This document shows positions 1 to 9,663 of a DNA stretch of 64,000 nt, one piece after another (the first letter of the stretch is position 1; each line of letters opens with the position of its first letter). Under the pieces are notes generated by a model that was given only the letters and a program-made list of their open reading frames with translations, ran no database searches and had not been told where the DNA came from. Made by a program: the position numbers and the translations under genes. This stretch comes from an uncultured Pelagibacteraceae bacterium (GTDB lineage: Bacteria; Pseudomonadota; Alphaproteobacteria; Pelagibacterales; AG-422-B15), in NCBI GenBank assembly GCA_902523455.1, contig CABYZG010000001.1, positions 251,023 through 315,022 on the forward strand. Direction: 5' to 3'.

Positions 1-1
1 C

Positions 2-316
2 AAGCTACATTTTTGGTTAACGTTTATTGGAGTGAATATAATATTCTTCCCACAACACTTCTTAGGTTTAGCGGGAATGCCAAGACGTTATGTTGACTAC
101 CCTGATGCTTACGCTGGATGGAATTATATTTCCTCAATTGGCTCATTCATATCTGTTCTTGGTTTGGCAGTATTCTTTGTGATGTTAATACACGCTCTCA
201 TGAAAGTTAGAGATTGTGCCGACAACCCATGGGGTGAGGGAGCCACAACACTTGAGTGGACATTGCCTTCTCCTCCACCATTCCACCAGTTTGAGGAGCT
301 ACCAAAAGTTAAGTAG
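2..316 (+). CDS. ctaD: aa3-type cytochrome c oxidase subunit I, C-terminal fragment (gene starts left of the window)
   Basis: Frame is open from the window edge. It contains [16 protein letters not shown], typical of the CoxI C-terminal part. It is followed by ctaB-ctaG-ctaE. Confidence 0.9.
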   Translation, partial: KLHFWLTFIGVNIIFFPQHFLGLAGMPRRYVDYPDAYAGWNYISSIGSFISVLGLAVFFVMLIHALMKVRDCADNPWGEGATTLEWTLPSPPPFHQFEELPKVK

Positions 317-324
317 AAATTACA

Positions 325-1254
325 ATGGCAAATATTACCTCAGTTTCTAACAAACAGGAATTTGGGCTAGGTTCTATTGTGACAAAACTAGTTCTATATA
401 CCTCCTTGCTTAAACCAAGGGTCATGTCACTTTCTATATTTACAAGCTTTGTAGGAATGATAATCGCACCTGGAAGTTTAAGTTTTACAAAGGGTTTGCT
501 CGCAATTCTTGCTATCTCAATTGGTTCTGGCGCGTCAGGAGCACTAAACATGTGGTATGAGAGAGATACTGACAAATTAATGAATAGAACAAAAGATCGA
601 GCTTTGCCAACAAACCAAATAAGCGCTAATGGGGCACTCATCTATGGCATAACACTCTCAATAATTGCTGTATCAATGCTTTACTTGGTTTCGAATTTAG
701 CAGCTGCAGGATTACTTTTACTGACAATTTGCTTTTATATATTTGTTTACACGATATGGCTTAAAAAGAGGACACCTCAAAATATTGTGATAGGAGGTGC
801 AGCGGGAGCCTTTCCTCCGATGATCGGTTGGGCAGTTGTGACAGGAGGTGTCTCAACTGAGATTTGCCTTCTTTTCATGTTAATTTTTCTATGGACGCCT
901 CCGCATTTCTGGGCTCTTGCACTTTATAAATCTGATGATTACAAAAAGGCTGGAATCCCAATGATGCCACTGATTGTTGGTGAGCGGAAAACGATAAATT
1001 TAATTATTGCTTATTCGATTACCTTATTGCCACTTACTTTAATTATGAGTTCATACTATTCTTTGTTCTTTGGAGTTTCGTCAACAGCTCTAAGTATTTT
1101 TTTCATTTATTTGGCGTTTGATCTCAAAAGATCGTGGTTGAAAGATGGCTTGCTTGAGCGAAAAGCTCAAATGCTATTTTATTTTTCAATTATATATCTG
1201 TTTAATATTTTCTCAATTCTATTAATCGATAATTTACTATGGAATATTTACTGA
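325..1254 (+). CDS. ctaB: protoheme IX farnesyltransferase (heme O synthase)
   Basis: 309 aa polytopic UbiA-family protein with NMWYERDTDKLMNRTKDR (NxxxDxxxD-type motif). Lies in the oxidase cluster. Confidence 0.9.
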   Translation: MANITSVSNKQEFGLGSIVTKLVLYTSLLKPRVMSLSIFTSFVGMIIAPGSLSFTKGLLAILAISIGSGASGALNMWYERDTDKLMNRTKDRALPTNQISANGALIYGITLSIIAVSMLYLVSNLAAAGLLLLTICFYIFVYTIWLKKRTPQNIVIGGAAGAFPPMIGWAVVTGGVSTEICLLFMLIFLWTPPHFWALALYKSDDYKKAGIPMMPLIVGERKTINLIIAYSITLLPLTLIMSSYYSLFFGVSSTALSIFFIYLAFDLKRSWLKDGLLERKAQMLFYFSIIYLFNIFSILLIDNLLWNIY

Positions 1255-1358
1255 TGGATAAAAAAATAAAAAAAAGAAATATAATAACTGCCCTCGTGCT
1301 AGTTTTCTTCGTGGCTTTGTTTTTCTCTTACACTGTTTACAAATTGGGAACTATTTAA
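1254..1358 (+). CDS. 34-aa single-TM small protein (MDKKIKKRNIITALVLVFFVALFFSYTVYKLGTI), positional equivalent of coxF
   Basis: Not in the supplied ORF track because it is too short. Its ATG overlaps the ctaB stop (ATGA) and its TAA directly abuts the ctaG ATG. It has a basic N-terminus plus one hydrophobic helix. It fills a 104-bp gap in an otherwise gapless operon. Confidence 0.6.
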   Translation: MDKKIKKRNIITALVLVFFVALFFSYTVYKLGTI

Positions 1359-1895
1359 ATGAATTTTATCAAGTCAAACAACAGTATCACTGCGATTGGA
1401 CTAATTGGAATAGTTATCACCATGATCGCTTTAGCTTATGCGTCAGTGCCTCTATACAACTATTTTTGTAAAGTTACAGGATTTGGGGGAACTCCAAATG
1501 TGTATTCATCTGAAAGCATTTATTCTATCGATAAAACTATCAATGTTAGATTAGACTCCAACGTCGGTTCTACTCTCGATTGGGAATTCTATCCCGAGCA
1601 AAGAATTCATCAATTAAAGATAGGTGAAAATAAACTAATTAATTATGTGATAGAGAATAATACAGACCAAACTCTAAGTGGTACAGCTGTTTATAATGTA
1701 TCACCAACTGAAGCAGGAAAGTACTTTAACAAAATTGAATGCTTTTGTTTTCAAGAGACTGAGCTCATGGCTAACGAAACTAAAATTATGCCAGTTTCAT
1801 TTTTTATAGATCCTGAAATTGAAAATGATAAATACATTTCTGATTTATCAGAAGTTACTTTGTCCTATACCTTTTATGAAAACAGTGATACATAA
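1359..1895 (+). CDS. ctaG: cytochrome c oxidase copper assembly protein CtaG/Cox11
   Basis: N-terminal TM anchor, Cox11 CFCF copper motif (KIECFCFQETEL), and operon context. Confidence 0.9.
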   Translation: MNFIKSNNSITAIGLIGIVITMIALAYASVPLYNYFCKVTGFGGTPNVYSSESIYSIDKTINVRLDSNVGSTLDWEFYPEQRIHQLKIGENKLINYVIENNTDQTLSGTAVYNVSPTEAGKYFNKIECFCFQETELMANETKIMPVSFFIDPEIENDKYISDLSEVTLSYTFYENSDT

Positions 1896-1901
1896 TTAGA
1901 T

Positions 1902-2702
1902 ATGAGTTCAGAAAATACAAAAAGAACACATGAATATCATTTAGTTGATCCAAGTCCTTGGCCACTTCTTGCATCGATTGGAGCTTTAATCGCGTGCGTT
2001 GGAGCGGTTGTTTATTTTAGGACCGATGACATGTGGACAATGATAATTGGTTTAGCAATTGTTATCTATGTCTCATACATGTGGTTTAGAGATGTGATTA
2101 TAGAGGGCGAACATCAAGGTCATCACACACCAGTCGTTCAAATTGGCCTTCGATACGGCATGACTTTATTTATTGCGTCAGAAGTTATGTTCTTTGTTGC
2201 TTGGTTTTGGGCATATTTCAACGCAAGTCTATTCCCCACAGAACAAATTGGAGCTATTTGGCCTCCACCAGATATTCATCTAATGGATCCATGGCATATA
2301 CCTCTGATCAACACGTTAATCTTGCTTTTATCAGGAACAACAGTTACCTGGGCTCACCATGCATTGCTAGAGGGCAATAGAAAAGAGCTAATACAGGGAC
2401 TATGGTGCACGGTAGGACTTGGTGTCGTATTCACTGGTTTTCAGGTTTATGAATACATGCATGCTGATTTTTCATTTTCTGGGCACATCTATGGCGCAAC
2501 TTTTTATATGGCGACTGGCTTTCATGGCTTTCATGTTCTAATTGGAACAATATTCTTAATTGTTTGCCTTGCAAGATCGATTGCTGGCCATTTTAAATCT
2601 GACCATCATTTTGGGTTCGAAGCCGCTGCTTGGTATTGGCATTTTGTTGATGTTGTTTGGTTATTTTTATTTGCAGCAATTTATGTTTGGGGCTCATATT
2701 AA
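1902..2702 (+). CDS. ctaE: cytochrome c oxidase subunit III
   Basis: 266 aa, 7-TM. Contains FHGFHVLIG and HFVDVVWLFLF motifs typical of CoxIII. Confidence 0.92.
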   Translation: MSSENTKRTHEYHLVDPSPWPLLASIGALIACVGAVVYFRTDDMWTMIIGLAIVIYVSYMWFRDVIIEGEHQGHHTPVVQIGLRYGMTLFIASEVMFFVAWFWAYFNASLFPTEQIGAIWPPPDIHLMDPWHIPLINTLILLLSGTTVTWAHHALLEGNRKELIQGLWCTVGLGVVFTGFQVYEYMHADFSFSGHIYGATFYMATGFHGFHVLIGTIFLIVCLARSIAGHFKSDHHFGFEAAAWYWHFVDVVWLFLFAAIYVWGSY

Positions 2703-2714
2703 TAAATAATATAA

Positions 2715-3410
2715 TTGATTAAAAATCTTCTTTTCCACTTAATATTTATTTCAACAATTGTCCTGCTTCTTTTGCTTTGTTTTTGGCAAACACAAAGGCT
2801 CGAATGGAAAAATAATTTAATAGAGTCAATTAATTCTAATTATAATTCTGTGATAGATGAATTTCCGTCAAACGACAAGAACTCTCAATATGAATTCATG
2901 AATACTTCTGTAAAAGGACAACTATTAACTGGTAAAAAAATGTTTTTTTATAAATTCAATCTTAAAGGAGAGTCTGGTTACGAAATTGTCTTGCCAATGG
3001 AAATGATTAGCAAAAAATTTATTTATGTAATACTTGGCTGGATACCGTTTGATTCAAAAGATAATTTTGAATTAGATGAAGTTTTCAAAAATAGTGAGAT
3101 AGAAATCAGAGGAGCTTTAATTTATTCGAAGGATCGAAAGCCACTTATTCCAGAAAATGATACAATTGCAAATACCTGGTATTTGCTCAATACAAGTGAA
3201 ATGGATAAATATCATAAATTAAATTCTAGTAAGTATATGATTAAATTAATAGACCAAAGCTATTCTGATAATGTTCTGATTGAATTTGAACCATCTAATA
3301 TAACAAATAATCATCTCCAGTATGCTGTCACCTGGTTTTTGTTGTCTTTTGTAATTATGATAATGTATATCTACTATATTAGACAAAAGGTGCAAAAAAA
3401 TGAGGTATAG
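2715..3410 (+). CDS. surf1: SURF1-family cytochrome oxidase biogenesis protein
   Basis: TTG start. N- and C-terminal TM segments, with NHLQYAVTWFLLSF near the C-terminus. Follows ctaE as in other alphaproteobacteria. Confidence 0.85.
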   Translation: MIKNLLFHLIFISTIVLLLLLCFWQTQRLEWKNNLIESINSNYNSVIDEFPSNDKNSQYEFMNTSVKGQLLTGKKMFFYKFNLKGESGYEIVLPMEMISKKFIYVILGWIPFDSKDNFELDEVFKNSEIEIRGALIYSKDRKPLIPENDTIANTWYLLNTSEMDKYHKLNSSKYMIKLIDQSYSDNVLIEFEPSNITNNHLQYAVTWFLLSFVIMIMYIYYIRQKVQKNEV

Positions 3411-4785
3411 AAGCACAAGGGGCAGCGACTACTTTGGGTTTAGAGAAGTTTTATTTGCTGGTTTAGCAAATGATGGAGGCCTATTTATTCCTGAAAATTG
3501 GCCAAATATAAATCATAAAGATATTAATCGAGATGTAAGTTATGAGGACTTAACAGAAATTATTTTGTCTCCATTTATTGGTGACGAAATAGAGTCCAAT
3601 CAATTAAAGAGGATTATTAAAGAAGCGTATTCAAATAACTTTACAGAAAGTGGCTGCGTATCATTTAAGGAGCTTAATGCAAACGAAATAATCGTGGAGC
3701 TATTCAATGGCCCAACTTTAGCCTTCAAAGACTTCGCAATGCAATTACTTATCCCTCTTTTTGATCATTTTTTAGAAAAAGAGAAGAAAAAAATAAATCT
3801 TATAGTAGCAACATCAGGTGACACAGGATCAGCTGCTATCAACGCTGTAAAAAAAAGTAAAAACATAAATATTTTCTGTTTATATCCTAAGGGTAGGATT
3901 TCAGAATTTCAGAGAAGGCAGATGTCTACTGTTAATCAGGAAAATATTTTTCTTTGTGAAGTAGAAGGAACTTTTGATGACTGTCAAAAAATTGTTAAAG
4001 ATATTTTGAAAGATACAGATTATAGTATGCATAATAATATATCAGCAGTTAATTCAATTAATTGGGCAAGAATTATCATTCAATCAGTATATTACTTTTA
4101 TACATTTATTAATTTTACTGAAAGAGCTTCCAATAAAGTTAATTTTTCTGTTCCAACTGGTAACTTCGGAGATATTTATGCTGGTTATGTTTCATATAAA
4201 ATGGGATTACCTATCAATAAATTAATAGTGGCTACTAACGAAAACGATATTCTAAATAGATTTATGAAGTCAGGAGTATATGAATCTAAAACAGTCATAA
4301 AAACATCAAGCCCAAGTATGGACATTCAGGTAGCAAGTAATTTTGAAAGATTACTTTTTGATATACTTAATCAATCAAATACTGAAACAAAAGTATCAAT
4401 GGAAAATTTTGAAGAAAGTGGAAAAATATTAATATCTCAGGAAAATTTAGAAAAAGTTCGAGAGGTATTTAGCTCGAATAGTTCTTCGATGGATATCGTT
4501 CAAAACACAATCAAATCCGTGAAAGATAATTTTTCATATGTTATTGACCCCCACACTGCTACAGGACTCTATGCATCAAGATTTGAAAAAGATATGGATA
4601 GGCTTAATTTTGTTTTGGCTACAGCTCACCCTGTAAAATTTTCTGAGGTTGTTGAAAAATCAATAGGTGAAGATTTAAATTTAATGAGTAAATACAATTA
4701 CTTATTTGATGCTGAAGAAAAAATGTATAAAATGGAAAATAACACAAGTCGAATTAAAGAATTCATTAGGGAGCAGATAAGCTAG
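3400..4785 (+). CDS. thrC: threonine synthase
   Basis: 461 aa with PLP-lysine region LAFKDFAMQ and SGDTGSAAI. Overlaps surf1 by 11 nt. Confidence 0.9.
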   Translation: MRYRSTRGSDYFGFREVLFAGLANDGGLFIPENWPNINHKDINRDVSYEDLTEIILSPFIGDEIESNQLKRIIKEAYSNNFTESGCVSFKELNANEIIVELFNGPTLAFKDFAMQLLIPLFDHFLEKEKKKINLIVATSGDTGSAAINAVKKSKNINIFCLYPKGRISEFQRRQMSTVNQENIFLCEVEGTFDDCQKIVKDILKDTDYSMHNNISAVNSINWARIIIQSVYYFYTFINFTERASNKVNFSVPTGNFGDIYAGYVSYKMGLPINKLIVATNENDILNRFMKSGVYESKTVIKTSSPSMDIQVASNFERLLFDILNQSNTETKVSMENFEESGKILISQENLEKVREVFSSNSSSMDIVQNTIKSVKDNFSYVIDPHTATGLYASRFEKDMDRLNFVLATAHPVKFSEVVEKSIGEDLNLMSKYNYLFDAEEKMYKMENNTSRIKEFIREQIS

Positions 4786-5360
4786 TGTCATTTTTAACAA
4801 CTTATTATCCAAAAAAGATAACATTTGAGAGGAAAGGTGAAAACGTCATCCTAAGACCTCCTGATTATAAAAACTGGAAATCATGGTCTTCATTAAAAGA
4901 AAAAAATAAAAGATATTTAAAACCGTGGGAACCTACATGGTCACCAAATGAACTTGAAAGAAGTTCATTTGTAAAAAGAGTAAGATATTTTGAAAAACTT
5001 GCATTAGATGACAATGCATATTCCTTTCTGATATTTGAAAAAAATAATAATAATTTGATTGGCGAAATTAATATAAATAATGTTCAAAGAGGTGTAGTTC
5101 AATCTTGCTCAATTGGGTATTGGATTTGTGAAACTAAGATGGGTAAAGGTTTAATGAGTGAATCAATAAAACTTATCAAAGAATTTATTTTTGATGAATT
5201 GAATTTACATAGAGTAGAGGCAGCGTGCCTACCAAGGAATGAGCGTTCTTTAAAGACACTTGAAAAAAATAATTTTTGCATTGAAGGATTAGTAAGACAG
5301 TATTTGAAAATCAATGGCAAGTGGGAGGACCACTTACTTTTATCTTGTATTAAGGAATAA
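4785..5360 (+). CDS. GNAT family N-acetyltransferase (RimJ/RimL-like)
   Basis: GTG start overlaps the thrC stop by 1 nt. Acetyl-CoA motif region KMGKGLMSE. The length and pattern fit ribosomal-protein acetyltransferase-like GNATs. Confidence 0.75.
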   Translation: MSFLTTYYPKKITFERKGENVILRPPDYKNWKSWSSLKEKNKRYLKPWEPTWSPNELERSSFVKRVRYFEKLALDDNAYSFLIFEKNNNNLIGEININNVQRGVVQSCSIGYWICETKMGKGLMSESIKLIKEFIFDELNLHRVEAACLPRNERSLKTLEKNNFCIEGLVRQYLKINGKWEDHLLLSCIKE

Positions 5361-5378
5361 ATTTAGTATGGTCGTCAA

Positions 5379-5864
5379 ATGTCAGATTTAATTGGAAATG
5401 AATTACCAAATGAAACTTTAGTTTTTATGGATAAGGAGAAAGGTCCACAACCATTAAAGATATTGGACTTCTGCAAAGGGAAAAAAATAGTAATCTTTGG
5501 TGTACCAGGTGCATTCACACCAACATGTGCTCGAAATCATTTACCTGGCTTTATAGAGAATGCCGACAAAATTAGAGAAAAAGCTGTTGATGAAATAGCA
5601 TGTTTTGCAACTAACGACATATTTACTATGTCAGCATGGGAGGAAATGTCTGGTTCAAATGGAAAAATAAAATTTTTATCAGATAGTAAGGCTGAGTTTG
5701 CAAAATCATTAGGTACAGACTATCCCGATACATTTGGAACATCGATCAAGACAAAAAGATGCTCACTACTTGTCAATGATGGAATTATTGAAAAGTTTTT
5801 TGTCGAAGTTGATGGCGGTAAAGTTGATGTAAGTGGAGCAAATAAAATGATGGATTTACTATAA
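5379..5864 (+). CDS. peroxiredoxin, Prx5-like subfamily
   Basis: 161 aa with the GVPGAFTPTC peroxidatic-Cys motif. Confidence 0.85.
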   Translation: MSDLIGNELPNETLVFMDKEKGPQPLKILDFCKGKKIVIFGVPGAFTPTCARNHLPGFIENADKIREKAVDEIACFATNDIFTMSAWEEMSGSNGKIKFLSDSKAEFAKSLGTDYPDTFGTSIKTKRCSLLVNDGIIEKFFVEVDGGKVDVSGANKMMDLL

Positions 5865-5865
5865 T

Positions 5866-6300
5866 TTATCTTTTTATCTGAGCGACAGCCAGTTTATCAG
5901 CAATTTCATTTCCGTAATCACCTGAATGACCTTTCACCCACTCCCATTTTATCGAGTGTTTATCGGTCAGATTGTCTAATTCAACCCAAAGATCTTTATT
6001 TTTTACGTCTTTTTTTTGTGCAGTCTTCCAATCATTGGTTTTCCATTTTTTTATCCACTCCTGAATACCTTGCATGACATACTTTGAGTCAGTGAAAATT
6101 ATTATGTCTCTTTTTTCATTAAGATAATCTAGAGCATAAATAACTGCTTTTAATTCCATTCTGTTATTTGTGGTGTTATTTTCAGATCCACTTAACTCAA
6201 TTTTCTTATCATCAATTTCAATGTAAGCTCCCCAACCTCCATTGCCCGGATTGCCTGAGCAAGCTCCATCGGTGTACATAACAACCTTTTTAGAGGCCAT
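5866..6300 (-). CDS. rnhA: ribonuclease HI
   Basis: 144 aa with YTDGACSGNPGNGGWG and VKGHSGDYGNEIADKLA. Confidence 0.92.
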   Translation of the reverse strand: MASKKVVMYTDGACSGNPGNGGWGAYIEIDDKKIELSGSENNTTNNRMELKAVIYALDYLNEKRDIIIFTDSKYVMQGIQEWIKKWKTNDWKTAQKKDVKNKDLWVELDNLTDKHSIKWEWVKGHSGDYGNEIADKLAVAQIKR

Positions 6301-7252
6301 ATTCGCCTACTTTTTTAACGGATTGGTGAAATTGGAGTTTAGTGAGATACTCATTAGGGTCCTTTTTAAGGATCAGTTCATTATCATCATGCGAATAGTA
6401 GTCGATTAAACGAGTTAGTAGATACCTTAGAGATGATGCTCTTGTAAGAAGAGGTAAAGCTTTCTTTTCTTCCTCTGAAAATTCTCGCAACTGATTGTAA
6501 CTGCCCAATAAATGTTTTGCTTTTGTTGGATTGAATTCGTTATTATTTGGCTCAAAACACCATGCATTTAGACAGATAGCAATTTCGTAAGCATAATAAT
6601 CGGTGCATGCAAAATAAAAATCTATTATACCTGTAACCTCATTACCTTCAAAAAAAATATTATCTGGAAAAAGATCTGCATGAATTATACCTGAAGGTAA
6701 ACTATGACCAAGGTTTCCAGATAGGAAAGTATATTCTTCATTGATTAAATCGATTACCTGCGCGTCTATATTATCATCAAAATTTTTTAAAGTTTGAATT
6801 AAGCTGTTGAGGTTTACAAATCCAAGCTCATTTTCTCTAGTCATTTCAAGTCTAGCTGATTCTTTATGCATTCTTGCGATAGTGGAGCCTAAAGACGCAC
6901 AGTGTATTGGTTTAATTTGATCTATTGACCTACCTTTTAAGAACGATGTGATTACAGCTTTCTTATTTTGAATTGAGTTTGAATAATTTCCTTTTTTATC
7001 TTGTATTACCTCAGGGCACTTTACATTGTTTTTATTCAAATGATTCATTAGATCAAAAAAGAAATGAAGATTATCCTGATTTGTTCTTTCTTCAAAAATA
7101 GTAAGTATGTAATTTTTTTCTAGAGTCTTTAGTAAATAATTTGAATTAGAAGTTCCACCTTTTATACCTGAAAATTCAAGAACATTTTCAATACTATAGT
7201 GATCAGTAAAAAGATCCAGTTCTTCTCTAGATATGTGCGTATAGACTGCCAT
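6290..7252 (-). CDS. thrB: homoserine kinase, type II (protein-kinase/APH fold)
   Basis: 320 aa with IHADLFPDNIFF (HxDxxxxN catalytic loop). The thrB-rnhA adjacency is typical of alphaproteobacteria. Confidence 0.85.
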   Translation of the reverse strand: MAVYTHISREELDLFTDHYSIENVLEFSGIKGGTSNSNYLLKTLEKNYILTIFEERTNQDNLHFFFDLMNHLNKNNVKCPEVIQDKKGNYSNSIQNKKAVITSFLKGRSIDQIKPIHCASLGSTIARMHKESARLEMTRENELGFVNLNSLIQTLKNFDDNIDAQVIDLINEEYTFLSGNLGHSLPSGIIHADLFPDNIFFEGNEVTGIIDFYFACTDYYAYEIAICLNAWCFEPNNNEFNPTKAKHLLGSYNQLREFSEEEKKALPLLTRASSLRYLLTRLIDYYSHDDNELILKKDPNEYLTKLQFHQSVKKVGEYGL

Positions 7253-7292
7253 AATTTATTTATAGCTTAGAAAGAGAGATATAAATAATAAA

Positions 7293-7787
7293 TTATACCT
7301 TAAGTTTACTTATTTGATCGATTGATTGTTTTACAAGCTTATCTGCACTTTGGTCGTTGATGTTTTCTAAGATAATTTTCTCAGCAATATTTACTGAGTT
7401 ATTTACAATCTCGTCATTAACTTTTGATATAGCCATTTTTTCAGCCCTTGATATTTTTTCTATGGCTTGCTGTTCGGCTCTTTTAATAAATTCTTCTGCT
7501 TTTAACTTTGACTCTTCTTCGTGATTCTTTGCAATTTCCTTTGCTTGATCAATAATTGCTTTTGCTTCCTCATCAGCAGACTGAACCTTTCTCTCGTAAT
7601 CGGCTAAAAGAGAATTCGCTTCTTCTTTTAATTTTCGGGCATTATCTAACTCAGATTTGATTTTATCAATTTCACCATCAAGAAGTTTCGCAATCATTGA
7701 TGGCGCTTTAATTACAAGCGCAATTATGACAAATATTATAAAAGCTACTAATACCCAAGACGATGGATCTGAAAAGAATGATGACAT
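7293..7787 (-). CDS. atpF: F0F1 ATP synthase subunit b
   Basis: One N-terminal TM plus a long charged helix. Last gene of the F0 a-c-b'-b operon. Confidence 0.85.
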   Translation of the reverse strand: MSSFFSDPSSWVLVAFIIFVIIALVIKAPSMIAKLLDGEIDKIKSELDNARKLKEEANSLLADYERKVQSADEEAKAIIDQAKEIAKNHEEESKLKAEEFIKRAEQQAIEKISRAEKMAISKVNDEIVNNSVNIAEKIILENINDQSADKLVKQSIDQISKLKV

Positions 7788-7803
7788 TAAATAGTTCCTA
7801 GCA

Positions 7804-8355
7804 TTAGTTTAATTTCTTATTTATTTCCTCATCTGAAGGAATATTTTCAATATATCTTGATACAATAGCTTTAACGGTATCTAACGTTGCATTTCTTATT
7901 TCAATCTTAGATTTTTCTTCTTGAGCTTTTATTTTAGCCTGTGACTCAGAGATTAGGGAGTTAACTTTTTCTTCATTTTCTTTTTTAAGCGTTTCTAAAT
8001 GATCAAGCATTGCTTTTTTAGAATTAGTGATAATCTCATTTGATTCTTGTGATGCACTTGCCATTTGCTCATCATATTTTTTTAATATATCAGTTGCTTC
8101 TGTGTTAAGATTATCAGCATCATTGATGTCATTTGAAATCTTATCTCTTCTTTCTTCAATTGTTGCGCCTAACCTTGGTATTACAAATTTCCACATAAAC
8201 AGGTATAAAAGTGAAAACGTAATTACAAGCCAAAATAATTGAGATGGAAATGTCGCAATATCCATCTGCGGAAGACCAGCAGATTTCTGGCCTTCTGCAG
8301 CATATACAAAATTAATTGGCGCAGTTAATAGAAAAGCTTTTAATAAGATTTTCAC
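7804..8355 (-). CDS. atpF2: F0F1 ATP synthase subunit b-prime
   Basis: GLPQMDIATFPSQLFWLVITF motif typical of alphaproteobacterial b-prime, followed by a coiled-coil tail. Confidence 0.85.
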   Translation of the reverse strand: MKILLKAFLLTAPINFVYAAEGQKSAGLPQMDIATFPSQLFWLVITFSLLYLFMWKFVIPRLGATIEERRDKISNDINDADNLNTEATDILKKYDEQMASASQESNEIITNSKKAMLDHLETLKKENEEKVNSLISESQAKIKAQEEKSKIEIRNATLDTVKAIVSRYIENIPSDEEINKKLN

Positions 8356-8360
8356 TTTTC

Positions 8361-9352
<992 letters not shown>

Positions 9353-9363
9353 CGATATATTTT

Positions 9364-9663
9364 TTAGTTATTTTGAAGACTTTTTGCAACCCTAAAAACG
9401 TTAAGAATTCCTGCTGCACTACCTAAGAGAAAGAAAATTAATGTGAAGATGGGTCTTGTATTAAAATAATTGTCAATCAGCAAACCAATTCCTAGTCCAA
9501 CAGCCATTGCTGCGACAATTTCAACCACTACTTTCATGATTTTACCGAATGGTTTGGGGGCTTTAGCTTCTTTAATAGACTGGCCTTCTTTTGCTTTTTT
9601 TATTCTATTTTCAAGAGAATTAGCATCATTATTCATCTTCAATATACTAGGCAACAGCTCCAA
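9364..9663 (-). CDS. AtpI/AtpZ-like small membrane protein of the F0 operon
   Basis: 99 aa with two TM helices (VVVEIVAAMAVGLGIGLLID, FTLIFFLLGSAAGIL). Sits immediately upstream of atpB. Its 5-prime end overlaps the smc 3-prime end by 17 nt. Confidence 0.7.
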   Translation of the reverse strand: MELLPSILKMNNDANSLENRIKKAKEGQSIKEAKAPKPFGKIMKVVVEIVAAMAVGLGIGLLIDNYFNTRPIFTLIFFLLGSAAGILNVFRVAKSLQNN

